From assembly GCA_963839475.1 (NCBI GenBank), contig CAWIVH010000018.1:9012-73011 (forward strand): a stretch of 64,000 nt of DNA, written 5' to 3'. The position numbers and the translations under genes are program-made. Of the stretch, positions 20,042 to 30,244 are shown piece after piece. This DNA comes from an uncultured Acidobacteriota bacterium. GTDB taxonomy: Bacteria; Acidobacteriota; UBA6911. The notes below the pieces were generated by a model. The model saw only the letters and a program-made list of their open reading frames with translations, was not told the origin of the DNA and made no database searches. Numbering within the stretch: position 1 is the first letter of the stretch; every line of letters starts with the position of its first letter.

Positions 20042-21184
20042 ATGAAAGCCATGTACACTTACGTCTTGAGCCTGCTGGCATTGCTGGCGACAGGGGGATC
20101 GGGCTGGCCGACATACGTTGAACATACGATCGCCACAGACCTGAAGGGTGGCTACCAGGTCGTGGTGGCCGACCTGAATCACGACGGGAGACCCGATCTG
20201 ATCGCATTGGCCAGCAATATGCCGGAGCTGGTCTGGTACGAAAACCCTCATTGGACACGCCATGTAATCGCCGGAAACCTTTTACAGATGATAAACCTGG
20301 TGGTCCTGGATTCCGGCTCCCACTCTGTGATTGTCCTGGCGAGCGGATTTTCCAGCGAGGCCAAACAGAGCGTTGGGATTATCTCGCTACTCGAGCCCGA
20401 TGGCGATCCTCTTCGCCCTTGGAAGATTACGGAAATAGACCGCCTCCCGACCTCCCACCGGCTGCGCTTGGCGGATATCGACGGCAGCGGCAGGAAGGTC
20501 GTCGTGAATGCACCGCTTACCGGCGCAGAGTCTGGGGGCCCTGATTACCGGGGCCATACTCCTCTTGTCTACTATCGTCCGGGAGAATGGAAGCGACGGC
20601 TCATCGGAGATGAAAATGAAGGAGTCATGCATGGCATTTATGTAATCGACTGGGATCGGGACGGCCGCGATGAAATCCTCACGGCCAGTTTTGTCGGAAT
20701 TCATCTTTACAGGATGGGACGAGACGGAATCTGGACCCGCTCCGAGCTGGCCAAAGGCGATCCTGCACCATGGCCGAAGTGCGGCTCCAGCGATGTGGCC
20801 GTGGGAGCTCTCGCCGGTTCGAGATTCTTGTGCGCCATCGAACCGTGGCACGGCAATCAAGTGGCGTTTTATCATTTGGAGGCCGATCGGTGGACGCGCC
20901 GGGTTATCGACGATTCCTACGTCGATGGACACACCATTCATGCCACCGATCTGAACGGAGACGGGCGCGATGAGATCATCGCCGGTTACAGGGGGAAGGG
21001 TGGCGGCCTTTATATCTATCAGGCCGAGGATGTTGGTGGGACCCGGTGGAGCCGCAGGATTCTTGATGCCGGCGGAATCGCCGCCGCATCGTGCGCGGTT
21101 GCCGACCTGAATGGGGATGGCAAACCTGACATCGCCTGCATCGGATCGGCCACTTCCAACCTTAAGTGGTACGAAAATCGCTGA
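20042..21184 (+). CDS. FG-GAP repeat (integrin-alpha-like beta-propeller) protein, secreted
   Basis: Repeats ADLNHDGRPDLIA, ADIDGSGRKVVV, TDLNGDGRDEIIAG and ADLNGDGKPDIA. Confidence 0.75.
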   Translation: MKAMYTYVLSLLALLATGGSGWPTYVEHTIATDLKGGYQVVVADLNHDGRPDLIALASNMPELVWYENPHWTRHVIAGNLLQMINLVVLDSGSHSVIVLASGFSSEAKQSVGIISLLEPDGDPLRPWKITEIDRLPTSHRLRLADIDGSGRKVVVNAPLTGAESGGPDYRGHTPLVYYRPGEWKRRLIGDENEGVMHGIYVIDWDRDGRDEILTASFVGIHLYRMGRDGIWTRSELAKGDPAPWPKCGSSDVAVGALAGSRFLCAIEPWHGNQVAFYHLEADRWTRRVIDDSYVDGHTIHATDLNGDGRDEIIAGYRGKGGGLYIYQAEDVGGTRWSRRILDAGGIAAASCAVADLNGDGKPDIACIGSATSNLKWYENR

Positions 21185-21211
21185 TGAATCCGTGTGGCAA
21201 GGAGAACTGCC

Positions 21212-23077
21212 ATGATCCGATCGCTCTTGGTCGCAATCACCTTCCTCACCCTCACCGTTCTGAACATCCAGGCGGCGCCGCAGCGCGTCGTTTTTGAAGG
21301 CGAAAAATCGGAATACAAGTGGACGATCCGGGAGCTCGATCCACCACTGCCCTCTGACTGGACCGGCTACAACTACCTGGTTCTGGAAATGAGGGCGAGC
21401 TCGCCCCAGCGTTTCAATCTGACCTTTTACAGCGGCAGCGTCGCGCAGAGCAGACAGATGCAGCCAATGGCGGGCGTCTGGATCCGGGCCGCGGTGCCGC
21501 TCCAGTATTACCGGCAGCCGAACCGCGCCGGCTTCGATCTTGCTTCGGTCGGGAAAGTTCCGCGGAATTCATTCTGGATCAGCACCGGGGGCGTTTATGG
21601 TCTCTTGAGCGCTGTGGAATCCATCGGTGTATCCATGGCCGCGCCCCTGGGCAGCCCGACACTTGAGGTACGCTCGATCTCATTGGCCAGGGATGACCCG
21701 GGTTCCGACGTTCTAGACAAAAAGCCGGTGGTAGATACGTTTGGGCAATGGATCCCTTCGGACTGGCCGGGCAAAGTGAAAAGCCTGGAGCAGGTAAAAA
21801 AGGAATGGGCAACCGAGGAGTCAGGCCTGAAGGCAGGCGATTTCGGATATTGCAAATTCGGCGGATATGCGAGTACGAAAGCCAAGGCCACAGGTTTCTT
21901 CCGCGTGGAACAGGTAGAAGGTAAATGGTGGTTCGTCGATCCGGACGGGCACCTCTTCTTCTCGACCGGTTCGACAGGCATGGGCGCCGGAAGCGGCGAC
22001 GCCCGGTTGCAGGGCCGGGAGGATTACTTCGAGACGCTACCGCCGGTCGATCCAGCCCCGCCGCCGGGACGCCGGCCACAAACAGGATTCTATACCTGGA
22101 ATCTCCAGCGCCGGCACGGCGAGGAGTGGAGGACAAAGTGGATCGACCTTTGCCTGCGGCGGCTGGAGTCCTGGGGACTGAACACCATCGGCAACTGGAG
22201 CGACGCACAGCTCTGGAACGCCCACAAGAAAGCCTATGTCGTAAACTTGCGCGGATGGGGCATGGAAACCGGCTACCTCGGGATGCCGGACGTATTCTCG
22301 GAAGAATGGCCGAAGATGGTCGACAAAGCTGCGGCTGAGCAGTGTGCACCGCGCAAGGACGACCCGTATCTGCTGGGATACTTCGTCGCGAATGAACCTC
22401 CATGGCCCGGCAGGGAGTCGCTTGTGGTGGACATCATTCTTGAACGCTCGGAAAGCGCAATCCAGCGCGAAGCCAAAACCTTCCTGGCGGCGGGTGACAC
22501 GCCGGAGCGGAGAAAGCAGTTCATATATCGCGCTTATGACAAGTATCTGGAGGTGATCAATGCGGCGATTAAGCGGCATGATCCCAACCACCTGAATCTT
22601 GGCTTGCGCTTCGGCGGCGGAGTGCCCCCCGCCGAGATGCTGCGGGCATCGAAGGCGTTCGACGTGTACAGCATGAATGTTTACTCCATCGCGGTGAACC
22701 CGAAGGTGATGGAGGAGATCTACCGGGCGACAGGACTCCCAATCATCGTCGGAGAGTTTCATTTCGGTGTGCCGGGCAGGGGACTCGCGCCGGGACTTGT
22801 GCAAGTGCGCGACCAGGCGGAGCGGGGATTGGCTTACCGCTACTACGTGGAACAGGCTGCTGCCTTTCCAGCCTTTATCGGATCGTGTTGGTTTCAATGG
22901 GTGGATCAGCCATCGACCGGGCGCATGGATGGTGAGAACTACAACATCGGTCTCGTCGATGTAACAGACCGGCCATACACGGAACTGATCGAAGCGATGA
23001 AGACGACTCACCGAAGATTGTACGAAATCCACGCCGGGAGGACGACACCCTACGATGTGAAACCCCGCGCTCAATGA
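21212..23077 (+). CDS. Secreted TIM-barrel glycoside hydrolase of clan GH-A (family not assignable by eye) with an N-terminal beta-sandwich domain
   Basis: Acid/base-type motif YFVANEPPW (NEP) and nucleophile-type motif IIVGEFHFG. Signal peptide MIRSLLVAITFLTLTVLNIQA. RBS aaggagaa before the ATG at 21212. Confidence 0.65.
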   Translation: MIRSLLVAITFLTLTVLNIQAAPQRVVFEGEKSEYKWTIRELDPPLPSDWTGYNYLVLEMRASSPQRFNLTFYSGSVAQSRQMQPMAGVWIRAAVPLQYYRQPNRAGFDLASVGKVPRNSFWISTGGVYGLLSAVESIGVSMAAPLGSPTLEVRSISLARDDPGSDVLDKKPVVDTFGQWIPSDWPGKVKSLEQVKKEWATEESGLKAGDFGYCKFGGYASTKAKATGFFRVEQVEGKWWFVDPDGHLFFSTGSTGMGAGSGDARLQGREDYFETLPPVDPAPPPGRRPQTGFYTWNLQRRHGEEWRTKWIDLCLRRLESWGLNTIGNWSDAQLWNAHKKAYVVNLRGWGMETGYLGMPDVFSEEWPKMVDKAAAEQCAPRKDDPYLLGYFVANEPPWPGRESLVVDIILERSESAIQREAKTFLAAGDTPERRKQFIYRAYDKYLEVINAAIKRHDPNHLNLGLRFGGGVPPAEMLRASKAFDVYSMNVYSIAVNPKVMEEIYRATGLPIIVGEFHFGVPGRGLAPGLVQVRDQAERGLAYRYYVEQAAAFPAFIGSCWFQWVDQPSTGRMDGENYNIGLVDVTDRPYTELIEAMKTTHRRLYEIHAGRTTPYDVKPRAQ

Positions 23078-23190
23078 ACAGAAGCTAATTTTGATCAGAG
23101 TGTGACTCATGAAAACTAGCGGGTCGATAGATCCAGCTTCAGCAATAAAGGGTGGTGTTCTAATATGTCGCTATCACTTTGAGCTAACCT

Positions 23191-24005
23191 TCAAAAAATG
23201 ATAGTCGTCATCGCGGACCCGATCTTCTCACCACTGGGGGAAATTCCAACTACCTGGATATAAACCGCTATTGCTTTTATCACTTCCGGGGGAATGGCAA
23301 TTGCTGTTCCCTTAATTTCAAAGGTGCCCGATTTTGCAGGGCCTGCAGGCTTGCCAGTGACCGTCGGGGTAAAACGGTGTGCGGAATACATTGGGTCACC
23401 CGGGGATGCGTAGCATTCAGTAGAGCCCGCCAAATCGCTAATAGCCAGACTATAATCGGTCTGCTGATCATTATTGATAACCTCGACAAGAATGCTTGCC
23501 GCAATTTCGCTTGTCTGTGAATTGCCTTTCCGATTGCGCCCTGTTACCGTGATTTTCAGAAATGGAGCAACCACATTAATGGTCAGCGAAGCCCCCACTG
23601 TGCTCAGCTCCCCATCCTCCCCCCCGAAACTGATGCGGAAATGTAGGGTGCGTAGGTCAAAGTATTTGAAGTTGTGTGCATCGTCTTCGTTATAGGCTGC
23701 GCGGGTGTGGCCTGGACGGTAATTGTGGTCGGCGATGTATTGTTGTTTCCCTGCATAGTGTATCCTTCGGTGCCGCCCGGAATAGTCCACCCTTCGAACG
23801 TTGCCTTGTCGTTGCTGGAATGCCAAGAGGCGGTTACTTGGACTGGCGGCCCCCCCGGGGAAACAGTCACTTCCGACGGCACGAGCGCCACATTTCCGTA
23901 TTCTGCTTCTCTCGAGTCCCCACATCCGGCCACGATCAGGCAACAAAGAATACTCACAGCCGGCAGTTTCAGGCCATAAATCGCCATGAAGTTTCGGAAG
24001 AACAT
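23191..24005 (-). CDS. Hypothetical lipoprotein, apparently frameshifted around nt ~23700-23760
   Basis: N-terminus MFFRNFMAIYGLKLPAVSILCCLIVAGCGDS carries a lipobox. Coding continues in ORF 23604..24041 up to ..TITVQATPA, then switches frame to ..AYNEDDAHNFKYFDLRTLHFRISFGG.. (ORF 23191..23946). It lies immediately downstream of, and overlaps, the 24038..27019 gene. Confidence 0.45.
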
Positions 24006-24037
24006 AATGGCCCCTTCCCTGCTGGCGCAGGCATCTC

Positions 24038-27019
24038 TCATTTCACAATATTCACCGTAATCGCGGAGGACATGCCCCCAAGTTCCGCTGGGCCGGATTG
24101 AATCTGGGCGGCAATGCCCAGACTTCGATCGGCGGAGGACGGCACTTTGACTGGAAATCCGTCGAATGCCACTTCGATCTTTGTAGGATAGAGCAGAAGG
24201 TAAGGCCTCTTTGGCGAAGTCCCGGGGATATAGTTGAAATTCAGTCCGGATCCGGCGCCAGGGAGTTTGGTCACGATCATCTTGCCTTTGCCGGGATCAC
24301 GTTCATCATTTTTATAGGCCAGATACAGTTCGACTTTGTCTGCCGTCGTAGATCCTACACGCCAATCGTAATCCGATGACGGGTACCAATAGGAACCATA
24401 GTCTTTAAGCAACTTATAGGTGCCCACCACGGTACCGCCGGTCAGCCCGGAGAGGACACGATCGACGTTAAAAAAGTTGAGGCTGAAACCGATCATGGGC
24501 AAATCGAGGGCCTTCTGGTTGAACGTCACAGTAAAAGGAACCTCACTCCCGGCCGCGGTGCCGGGTAAAGCGAGGTCCACAACTGGACCGAATAGCACTC
24601 TCGAGATATATCCATTCCCTGGGCCGGAGCCGTTGTCGACCCGGATGGCTCCCTCAACCATGCCTTCAGGGACAATCACGGATAAACTGCCGGTGTCGAT
24701 TTGTATGGGATAGGCGATCTGGGTGGCGCCTTTGTCCATCGGGAAAATGATCTTCGGGTCGCTTCCGAAATGGGTCCCCTTAAGGGTTGCCAGGTCTCCC
24801 ACCGAGAGGAACACTGGCGAGATGGAGCTTATATTCGCTTTCGCCGTATCGGGCGCCACAAATGTTATCGGCTGGGTGCTTTTCCTTAGGACTTTCGGCG
24901 CCAAATAGTAGGCAATGCCCGAGACGGAGGCGTAGTCGACCGTAACGACGGATGTCCCCGGACTCGCCGGAGCAAGAACCAGATCCGGCAGCAAATAGAA
25001 ATCCAAATCGATTTTGGCACCTTCATTCCATTGCGAATTGAGAGCCTCCACATTGAATATCTCGAGAAGAAGTCCCCCGGAGTTCGCATTGCTGATCTTT
25101 CCGGAGAAAAGGTTCAATGTGCTCAAATTGTACGCCTGCAAAGTCGGGAAGTTGGCGACAGCCTGGAATTCAAGGGGCTCCGTTTTGGTCACTACCAGCT
25201 TCATCAGACCGCTGTCATCGATGCGTCCGCCGAGCAGGAGAGTGCCGTAGCCTATTTCTGCTCCCTGCTTGAATCCGGCGGATTGAAGCCTCAGGGCGGG
25301 CAAAGCCATTTTCACTGATCTTATGGCCAGGTCATTCTCCTTGAGATGCAGTTTCCACCGCATCGCGGTGGAGGTGCCCGCCAGGTTCTGGGCAAACTCG
25401 ATGGCCGAATCGGGAGCAAACCCGTGAACTTTGGACATTACCGGCACTGAAGTCAGCTTCTCATCGATAGATCGCAGCGTAAGCGCCGCGATTGGATAAT
25501 TGCTGGTCACTCGGATCGTACCTTCGAACTCGCCGATGGAGGCATAATCCGGAAACAGTTGGGTCATGAAAAGCGCCTGGTGGGTCGATGGCGCCAGCTT
25601 CATGCTCTCTTTCCGGCTGGCTACATAAAATCCATCCCTGTTATAAAGCTCGAAGTAAACGCTCGTCGTGGTTGTGGTGTTGGTGGGATAGGCAACGGCG
25701 ATGCCGGTGTCAAAAAAACCAATCGAATCGGCGATCAGGTTGAATTTGGTCATCAGGTCCGCCGATTTCACCCCGACCTCGGCCAGGGCCTGCCCCTGGG
25801 CATCGAATACGTGAAATATCGCGGCTCCGCTGATCGGCTGGTCCATGGTCACTCGGCTCCACCCTACTTTCGCGTCCCCTGTTCCACTGGTTACGAGTCT
25901 TGTGACCGCCCGGACAGCCAGATCAAAATCAAAGGATGCCGCCGTCTTTCCCCCCATCGTCACAAGCATCGGAGTGCCATCGGATTTGAACAGCTCAATC
26001 TTGCCGGTGGCGCGGCTCGCGGTGTTGTTGATCAGGATGATGGATGTCGCATATTTCAGCTTTCCCAGCAGGCCGTCCGCAATCTGAGGGAAAACCAGCA
26101 ATTTCGTATTATTCATCGCAGACGGCGGCGCCACCATGGGAAGAGAGGTAAACTGGTCCCCGTTCAGCCGCAGTGTGATGCCCGCGAACTTCTTCCCATC
26201 GATCGAGCTGACTATGAGGGAACCCTCGAAATTATTGATATTGGCAACCGCGGGGAAAAACTCGTTCAGGAAGCGGGCAACATGCCCTTTGGTGCTAAGT
26301 TTCTGCGATGTCTCTGTTATTTTGATACCTTTGTCATCCATCAGCTCCAAGCGAAGTTCGGCTGCCTCTGTTTCGTTCGGGTTTACCAGCGCCAGGCCGG
26401 TGTAGTTGTTGTTCTTGCTGTCGGCAAAAATGGTGAAGCTGGTCCCGAGAAGCGATTCCGCCACCCCTACATCGGTATATATCTTTCCGTGCACATCCCT
26501 GATTCCGAAGCTGGCCGTGCCGGCCAAAGGCTGATCGGTTTCAATCGAGGCCCAGCCGGTCTTCAACGACGCAGTGCCCGAAGTTGCCAGCCGCACCAGC
26601 CCTCCCGGATAGACCGTAATCGGAATGCTGGAGTCGGTCAGTTTGCCCACCGTGAGCTTTAAGGGCGCGCCGCTGTCGTCGTAAAACTTCAGGAATCCGG
26701 TTGCGGCATAGTCCGAGTCGTTCTCCAGAATAAAGGTGGTCTGGTAACTGCGGTTGGTGCCCGGCAGCGCCCCGTCGGCAACCTGCGCGAAGATCATCCG
26801 CACCGGCGAATTGCCGGCCTGATAGTCGACGGGAAGATTCCAGCGGGGCAGCGCCGATGATGGAGCGGCATGCTCCGGTTCGCCGCGTAAGATCCGGGCC
26901 AGTTCCTGGAATCCGTGCGCTTCCAGTTCCTGGACAGTACTTTCATAGGCCGTCAACAATCGCCGCTTGAGAACCTCTTGAGAAAGTTCCAGGCTGCCTG
27001 CCGTTGGAAGCAGACTCAA
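24038..27019 (-). CDS. Large secreted modular protein: about 6 copies of the recurring uncharacterised ~105-aa module (roughly nt 25440-26800), then a C-terminal beta-rich region with an IPT/TIG-like Ig domain
   Basis: Copies begin IFAQVADGALPG..YQTTFILEN, ..YTGLALVNPNETEAAELRLEL, VFPQIADGLLGKLKYATSIILINN and ..DTGIAVAYPTN, with ends ..AGITLRLNGDQFTSLPMV and ..ALTLRSIDEKLTSVPVM. IPT/TIG-like segment: ISSISPVFLSVGDLATLKGTHFG. Confidence 0.75.
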   Translation of the reverse strand: MSLLPTAGSLELSQEVLKRRLLTAYESTVQELEAHGFQELARILRGEPEHAAPSSALPRWNLPVDYQAGNSPVRMIFAQVADGALPGTNRSYQTTFILENDSDYAATGFLKFYDDSGAPLKLTVGKLTDSSIPITVYPGGLVRLATSGTASLKTGWASIETDQPLAGTASFGIRDVHGKIYTDVGVAESLLGTSFTIFADSKNNNYTGLALVNPNETEAAELRLELMDDKGIKITETSQKLSTKGHVARFLNEFFPAVANINNFEGSLIVSSIDGKKFAGITLRLNGDQFTSLPMVAPPSAMNNTKLLVFPQIADGLLGKLKYATSIILINNTASRATGKIELFKSDGTPMLVTMGGKTAASFDFDLAVRAVTRLVTSGTGDAKVGWSRVTMDQPISGAAIFHVFDAQGQALAEVGVKSADLMTKFNLIADSIGFFDTGIAVAYPTNTTTTTSVYFELYNRDGFYVASRKESMKLAPSTHQALFMTQLFPDYASIGEFEGTIRVTSNYPIAALTLRSIDEKLTSVPVMSKVHGFAPDSAIEFAQNLAGTSTAMRWKLHLKENDLAIRSVKMALPALRLQSAGFKQGAEIGYGTLLLGGRIDDSGLMKLVVTKTEPLEFQAVANFPTLQAYNLSTLNLFSGKISNANSGGLLLEIFNVEALNSQWNEGAKIDLDFYLLPDLVLAPASPGTSVVTVDYASVSGIAYYLAPKVLRKSTQPITFVAPDTAKANISSISPVFLSVGDLATLKGTHFGSDPKIIFPMDKGATQIAYPIQIDTGSLSVIVPEGMVEGAIRVDNGSGPGNGYISRVLFGPVVDLALPGTAAGSEVPFTVTFNQKALDLPMIGFSLNFFNVDRVLSGLTGGTVVGTYKLLKDYGSYWYPSSDYDWRVGSTTADKVELYLAYKNDERDPGKGKMIVTKLPGAGSGLNFNYIPGTSPKRPYLLLYPTKIEVAFDGFPVKVPSSADRSLGIAAQIQSGPAELGGMSSAITVNIVK

Positions 27020-27352
27020 GATGATTGATTGCAGGGAGTGCCAATTGCCAGACGAGTCGGGAAAACTTGGAAGAGATCGTCATGGGACCTCCACCGATGA
27101 TGGGGTTACGATGGATATTATACGCCAGAATTGTGCAGCGCGATATTTATCCCTGGAGTATGCCAATGCAAACTGCCGCAGCAATTAGGCTACACAGATC
27201 AGGATCGATTCTTTCGTCCTCTTGAGGGCATCTGGGGTGAACTGCCTGGGAAAGCTTGCGGGACGGGCTTTTTATCGATGCTGCTTCCGTAAATCAGACT
27301 CATCCGGTTCATCAATATGGTAACGTGTTTTTTAGTTGCGGAGGCCTGCAAA

Positions 27353-28879
27353 ATGATCCTGCATCAGGAATTCATCAGAAGAGCAAAGTGCCAACCCGTT
27401 AAAACGGCTGTCATTGACCGATCAGCCGAGCTGCGGATGACCTATATGGAAGCCCTCGTTTCAGCTCTTGTCCTCGCCGAAAAGCTCGCCGGGCATCAGG
27501 ATGGATTCATCGGCATAATGATCCCCAATTCGGCCGGCTCCGCCCTTGCCATCCTGGCTGCGCTCATGGCGGGGAAGGTTCCTGTGATGATCAACTACGC
27601 CACCGGCGCTGACAGGAATTGCGCCTATGCGCAGAACAAGTGCGGTTTTGAAACCATCATTACATCTCAGGCTTTAATCCAAAAGCTCGGCAACCCTGGA
27701 ATCCCCGGCATGATCTTTTTGGAAAATATCATGCAATCTGTAACGGAAGCCGATCGGGCTGTGGCGTTGAAGAAAGCAACACTTCCCCTGGAGGAACTCC
27801 TCGACCTTTCTCACATGGCTGATCCCGACGACAATGCCGTCATTCTCTTCACCAGCGGAAGTGAAAAAGATCCCAAAGCGGTTCAGCTGACGCATCGAAA
27901 CATAGGCGACAACCTTTCGGCCTTCGCGCCGGTCTTGGGGCTGACCGATGATGAGATTGTCCTGGCCAACCTTCCCTTTTTCCACGTTTTTGGCCAGACT
28001 GTAGACCTTTGGATGCCTCTGTGCAACGGCATGACCATTGTCACCTGCGCCAATCCGCTGGACTACCGGACTGTATGCAAGATCATCCGCGATGAGAAAA
28101 TCACCTTTCTGGCCGCAACTCCCACCTTCCTTCTTGGGTACCTGCGACAGTCGGAACCTGGAGATTTTGACTCGATCCGGGTCATGGTTGCAGGCGCCGA
28201 TAAAGTCCCCGATGGATTGCGGCAAGGGATGATGGAAAAGCACGGCAAGCTTCTGCTCGAAGGGTATGGGACAACAGAAACCAGTCCGGCGGTTTCTGTC
28301 AATACAGCTGCGGCGTATCGCCCGGGAAGCACCGGGAGAGCACTCCCCAACGTGGAGGTCCGCATTGCCGACATTGATACCGGCGAGACACTACCACCCG
28401 AGAAGGAGGGCAGGATCCTGGTTAAAGGAACCCTGGTCATGAAGGGCTACTTCAATGACAGCGAGGAAACCTCCCGGCGTATCAAGGATGGCTGGTACGA
28501 TACCGGCGATGTGGGAATGCTGGATAAAGATGGCTTTCTTTGGCATCGCGGCAGGCTGAAGCGATTTGTAAAGATCGCGGGCGAGATGATCTCCCTGGTG
28601 AAGGTCGAGTCAGTGCTGGCTTCAGTTCTTCCCGATGGGATCGATTGCTGTGTGGTTGAAGCGCCTGACCGGATCCGCGGGTCCAGAGTCATCGCTGTCG
28701 TCACACGCGAAATCCAGGTTCAGGCAACCCTGAGAAAAATGGCCGCAGAACTGCCCGGCATCGCACTCCCCAAAGAATTCATTGTTGTTGAGGAAATGCC
28801 CAAAATGGGAAGCGGCAAGATTAATTTCCGCGCCCTTGCCGCTATCGCCAAAGGTGCAGGAACTGACGGGATCGATTAG
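27353..28879 (+). CDS. AMP-binding acyl-CoA / acyl-ACP synthetase (Aas-like adenylation domain)
   Basis: AMP motif ILFTSGSEKDPKAVQLTHRN; GYGTTETS; YDTGDVG..DGFLWHRGRLKRFVKIAGEMISL (A8/A10-like). The ORF could start at 27317. Confidence 0.85.
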   Translation: MILHQEFIRRAKCQPVKTAVIDRSAELRMTYMEALVSALVLAEKLAGHQDGFIGIMIPNSAGSALAILAALMAGKVPVMINYATGADRNCAYAQNKCGFETIITSQALIQKLGNPGIPGMIFLENIMQSVTEADRAVALKKATLPLEELLDLSHMADPDDNAVILFTSGSEKDPKAVQLTHRNIGDNLSAFAPVLGLTDDEIVLANLPFFHVFGQTVDLWMPLCNGMTIVTCANPLDYRTVCKIIRDEKITFLAATPTFLLGYLRQSEPGDFDSIRVMVAGADKVPDGLRQGMMEKHGKLLLEGYGTTETSPAVSVNTAAAYRPGSTGRALPNVEVRIADIDTGETLPPEKEGRILVKGTLVMKGYFNDSEETSRRIKDGWYDTGDVGMLDKDGFLWHRGRLKRFVKIAGEMISLVKVESVLASVLPDGIDCCVVEAPDRIRGSRVIAVVTREIQVQATLRKMAAELPGIALPKEFIVVEEMPKMGSGKINFRALAAIAKGAGTDGID

Positions 28880-28972
28880 CACAATTGGGGGATGAGCAAT
28901 ATTCAAGAGCTTCCAAATGGGTTTGTCGCGCATATGCAGATTCATCAGTCCCGGTATCACATGGAGGAAACA

Positions 28973-30168
28973 ATGAAAATGGACCGCAGGACCTTCCTCG
29001 TCGCCGGCGGTGCACTGATTACGCGCGCCGTTCCCTCCGATCAGATCATCCTGGGTGTAATCGGAAGCGGAGGGCGCGGCACCGCAGTGATGACAACCTT
29101 CCAAAAAGATCCCGGAGTAAGGGTGGACGGCATCTGCGACGTATATGAGCCCAATCTGGAAAAAGCGCTCGCCGCTGCAGCCGGGATTCAGGGCAGTCGG
29201 CCGAAAGCTTATAGCCATTATCGACAATTACTCGATAACAGAGATATTCAGGCGGTTTTGATCGCAACTCCGGAGCACTGGCATCACCGCATGGTCCTGG
29301 ACGCCCTGGCCGCCGAAAAAGATATCTATATCGAAAAACCTCTCTGCCAGACCCCGGAACAGGGTGTCGAGATGGTGGATTGCCGAAAGGCGTTCGAATA
29401 GAATCGTTCAGGTGGGGATGCAGCGCCGAAGTTACGACTTGTTCGTGGAAGCACGCAAAGTTGTGGCCGACGGGACGCTGGGCAAAGTGAGGATGGTACG
29501 TTCCTGGTGGCTGAACAACTACCTGGAGGAAAGCCGCGCTGCCAAATTCGAGGGCAAGCTCGATTGGGATCAATGGCAAGGACCGGCCAAACGCCATCCC
29601 TTCGACCCCGTGCGTTTCCGAAACTGGAGGTATTTTTCCGACTATGCCGGAGGCATCGTCGCAGACCAGGGTGCGCACGTTTACGACGGCATTCACATGC
29701 TGATGGCGGCGGGGTACCCAGCGGCTGTAACAGCCGCCGCCGGGAAAACGCACAAGCCGGGTGTCGATATGCCCGAATCGGTAGTGGTTGCGGCAGAATA
29801 TCCGGAGGATTTCATCGGAGTCTTCACCATCAACTATGCCGCGATGAAGTACAAGCCACGCAATGACCAGATCCAATCACCTGGACGGCGACAAAGGACG
29901 GCTGGATATTAGCCGCGAGGAGTTTCGCGTATACATGCAGGGCTCAGAAGAAACGACGGCCCTATCCCGGACTTCGGCGGAGGGTTTTGCAAAGGCCACG
30001 GATTTGCACGTGCAGAATTTCCTCGAGTCCGTCCGTTCGCGAAAGCCTCCCACAGCGCCCATGGCCTTGGGTTTCCAGGCCGCGCTGGTGGTGCAGATGG
30101 CCAATATTTCCATCAAACAGGGACGAAAGGTGAGATGGGATGCAGCCAGGCAGAAAGTGGATTCTTAA
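28973..30168 (+). pseudogene. Gfo/Idh/MocA-family oxidoreductase with a TAT signal, split into three ORFs by two frameshifts (near ~29400 and ~29878). Either a pseudogene or sequence error.
   Basis: MKMDRRTFLVAGGALITRA (twin-Arg). Rossmann segment ILGVIGSGGRG..EKP in ORF 28892..29401. Continuation IVQVGMQRR.. in ORF 29364..29912. C-terminus LDGDKGRLDISREEFRVY.. in ORF 29863..30168. Confidence 0.6.
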
Positions 30169-30244
30169 ATCGAATGTACCTGGATCACAACTCGCCGATC
30201 GCAATTATCGCAGCAAGCGCCGGATCGCTTCAAAAATGACCGGG

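Noticed and set aside
21579-23110. Long minus-strand ORFs (274 aa and 357 aa) overlapping the GH-A hydrolase gene
   Set aside because: Their translations are Arg/Pro-rich junk typical of antisense frames in high-GC genes. The plus-strand gene has catalytic motifs.
25559-26662. 367-aa plus-strand ORF inside the 24038-27019 gene
   Set aside because: It lies antisense to a well-supported 993-aa gene. Its translation is Arg/Gly-rich low-complexity, with no motifs.
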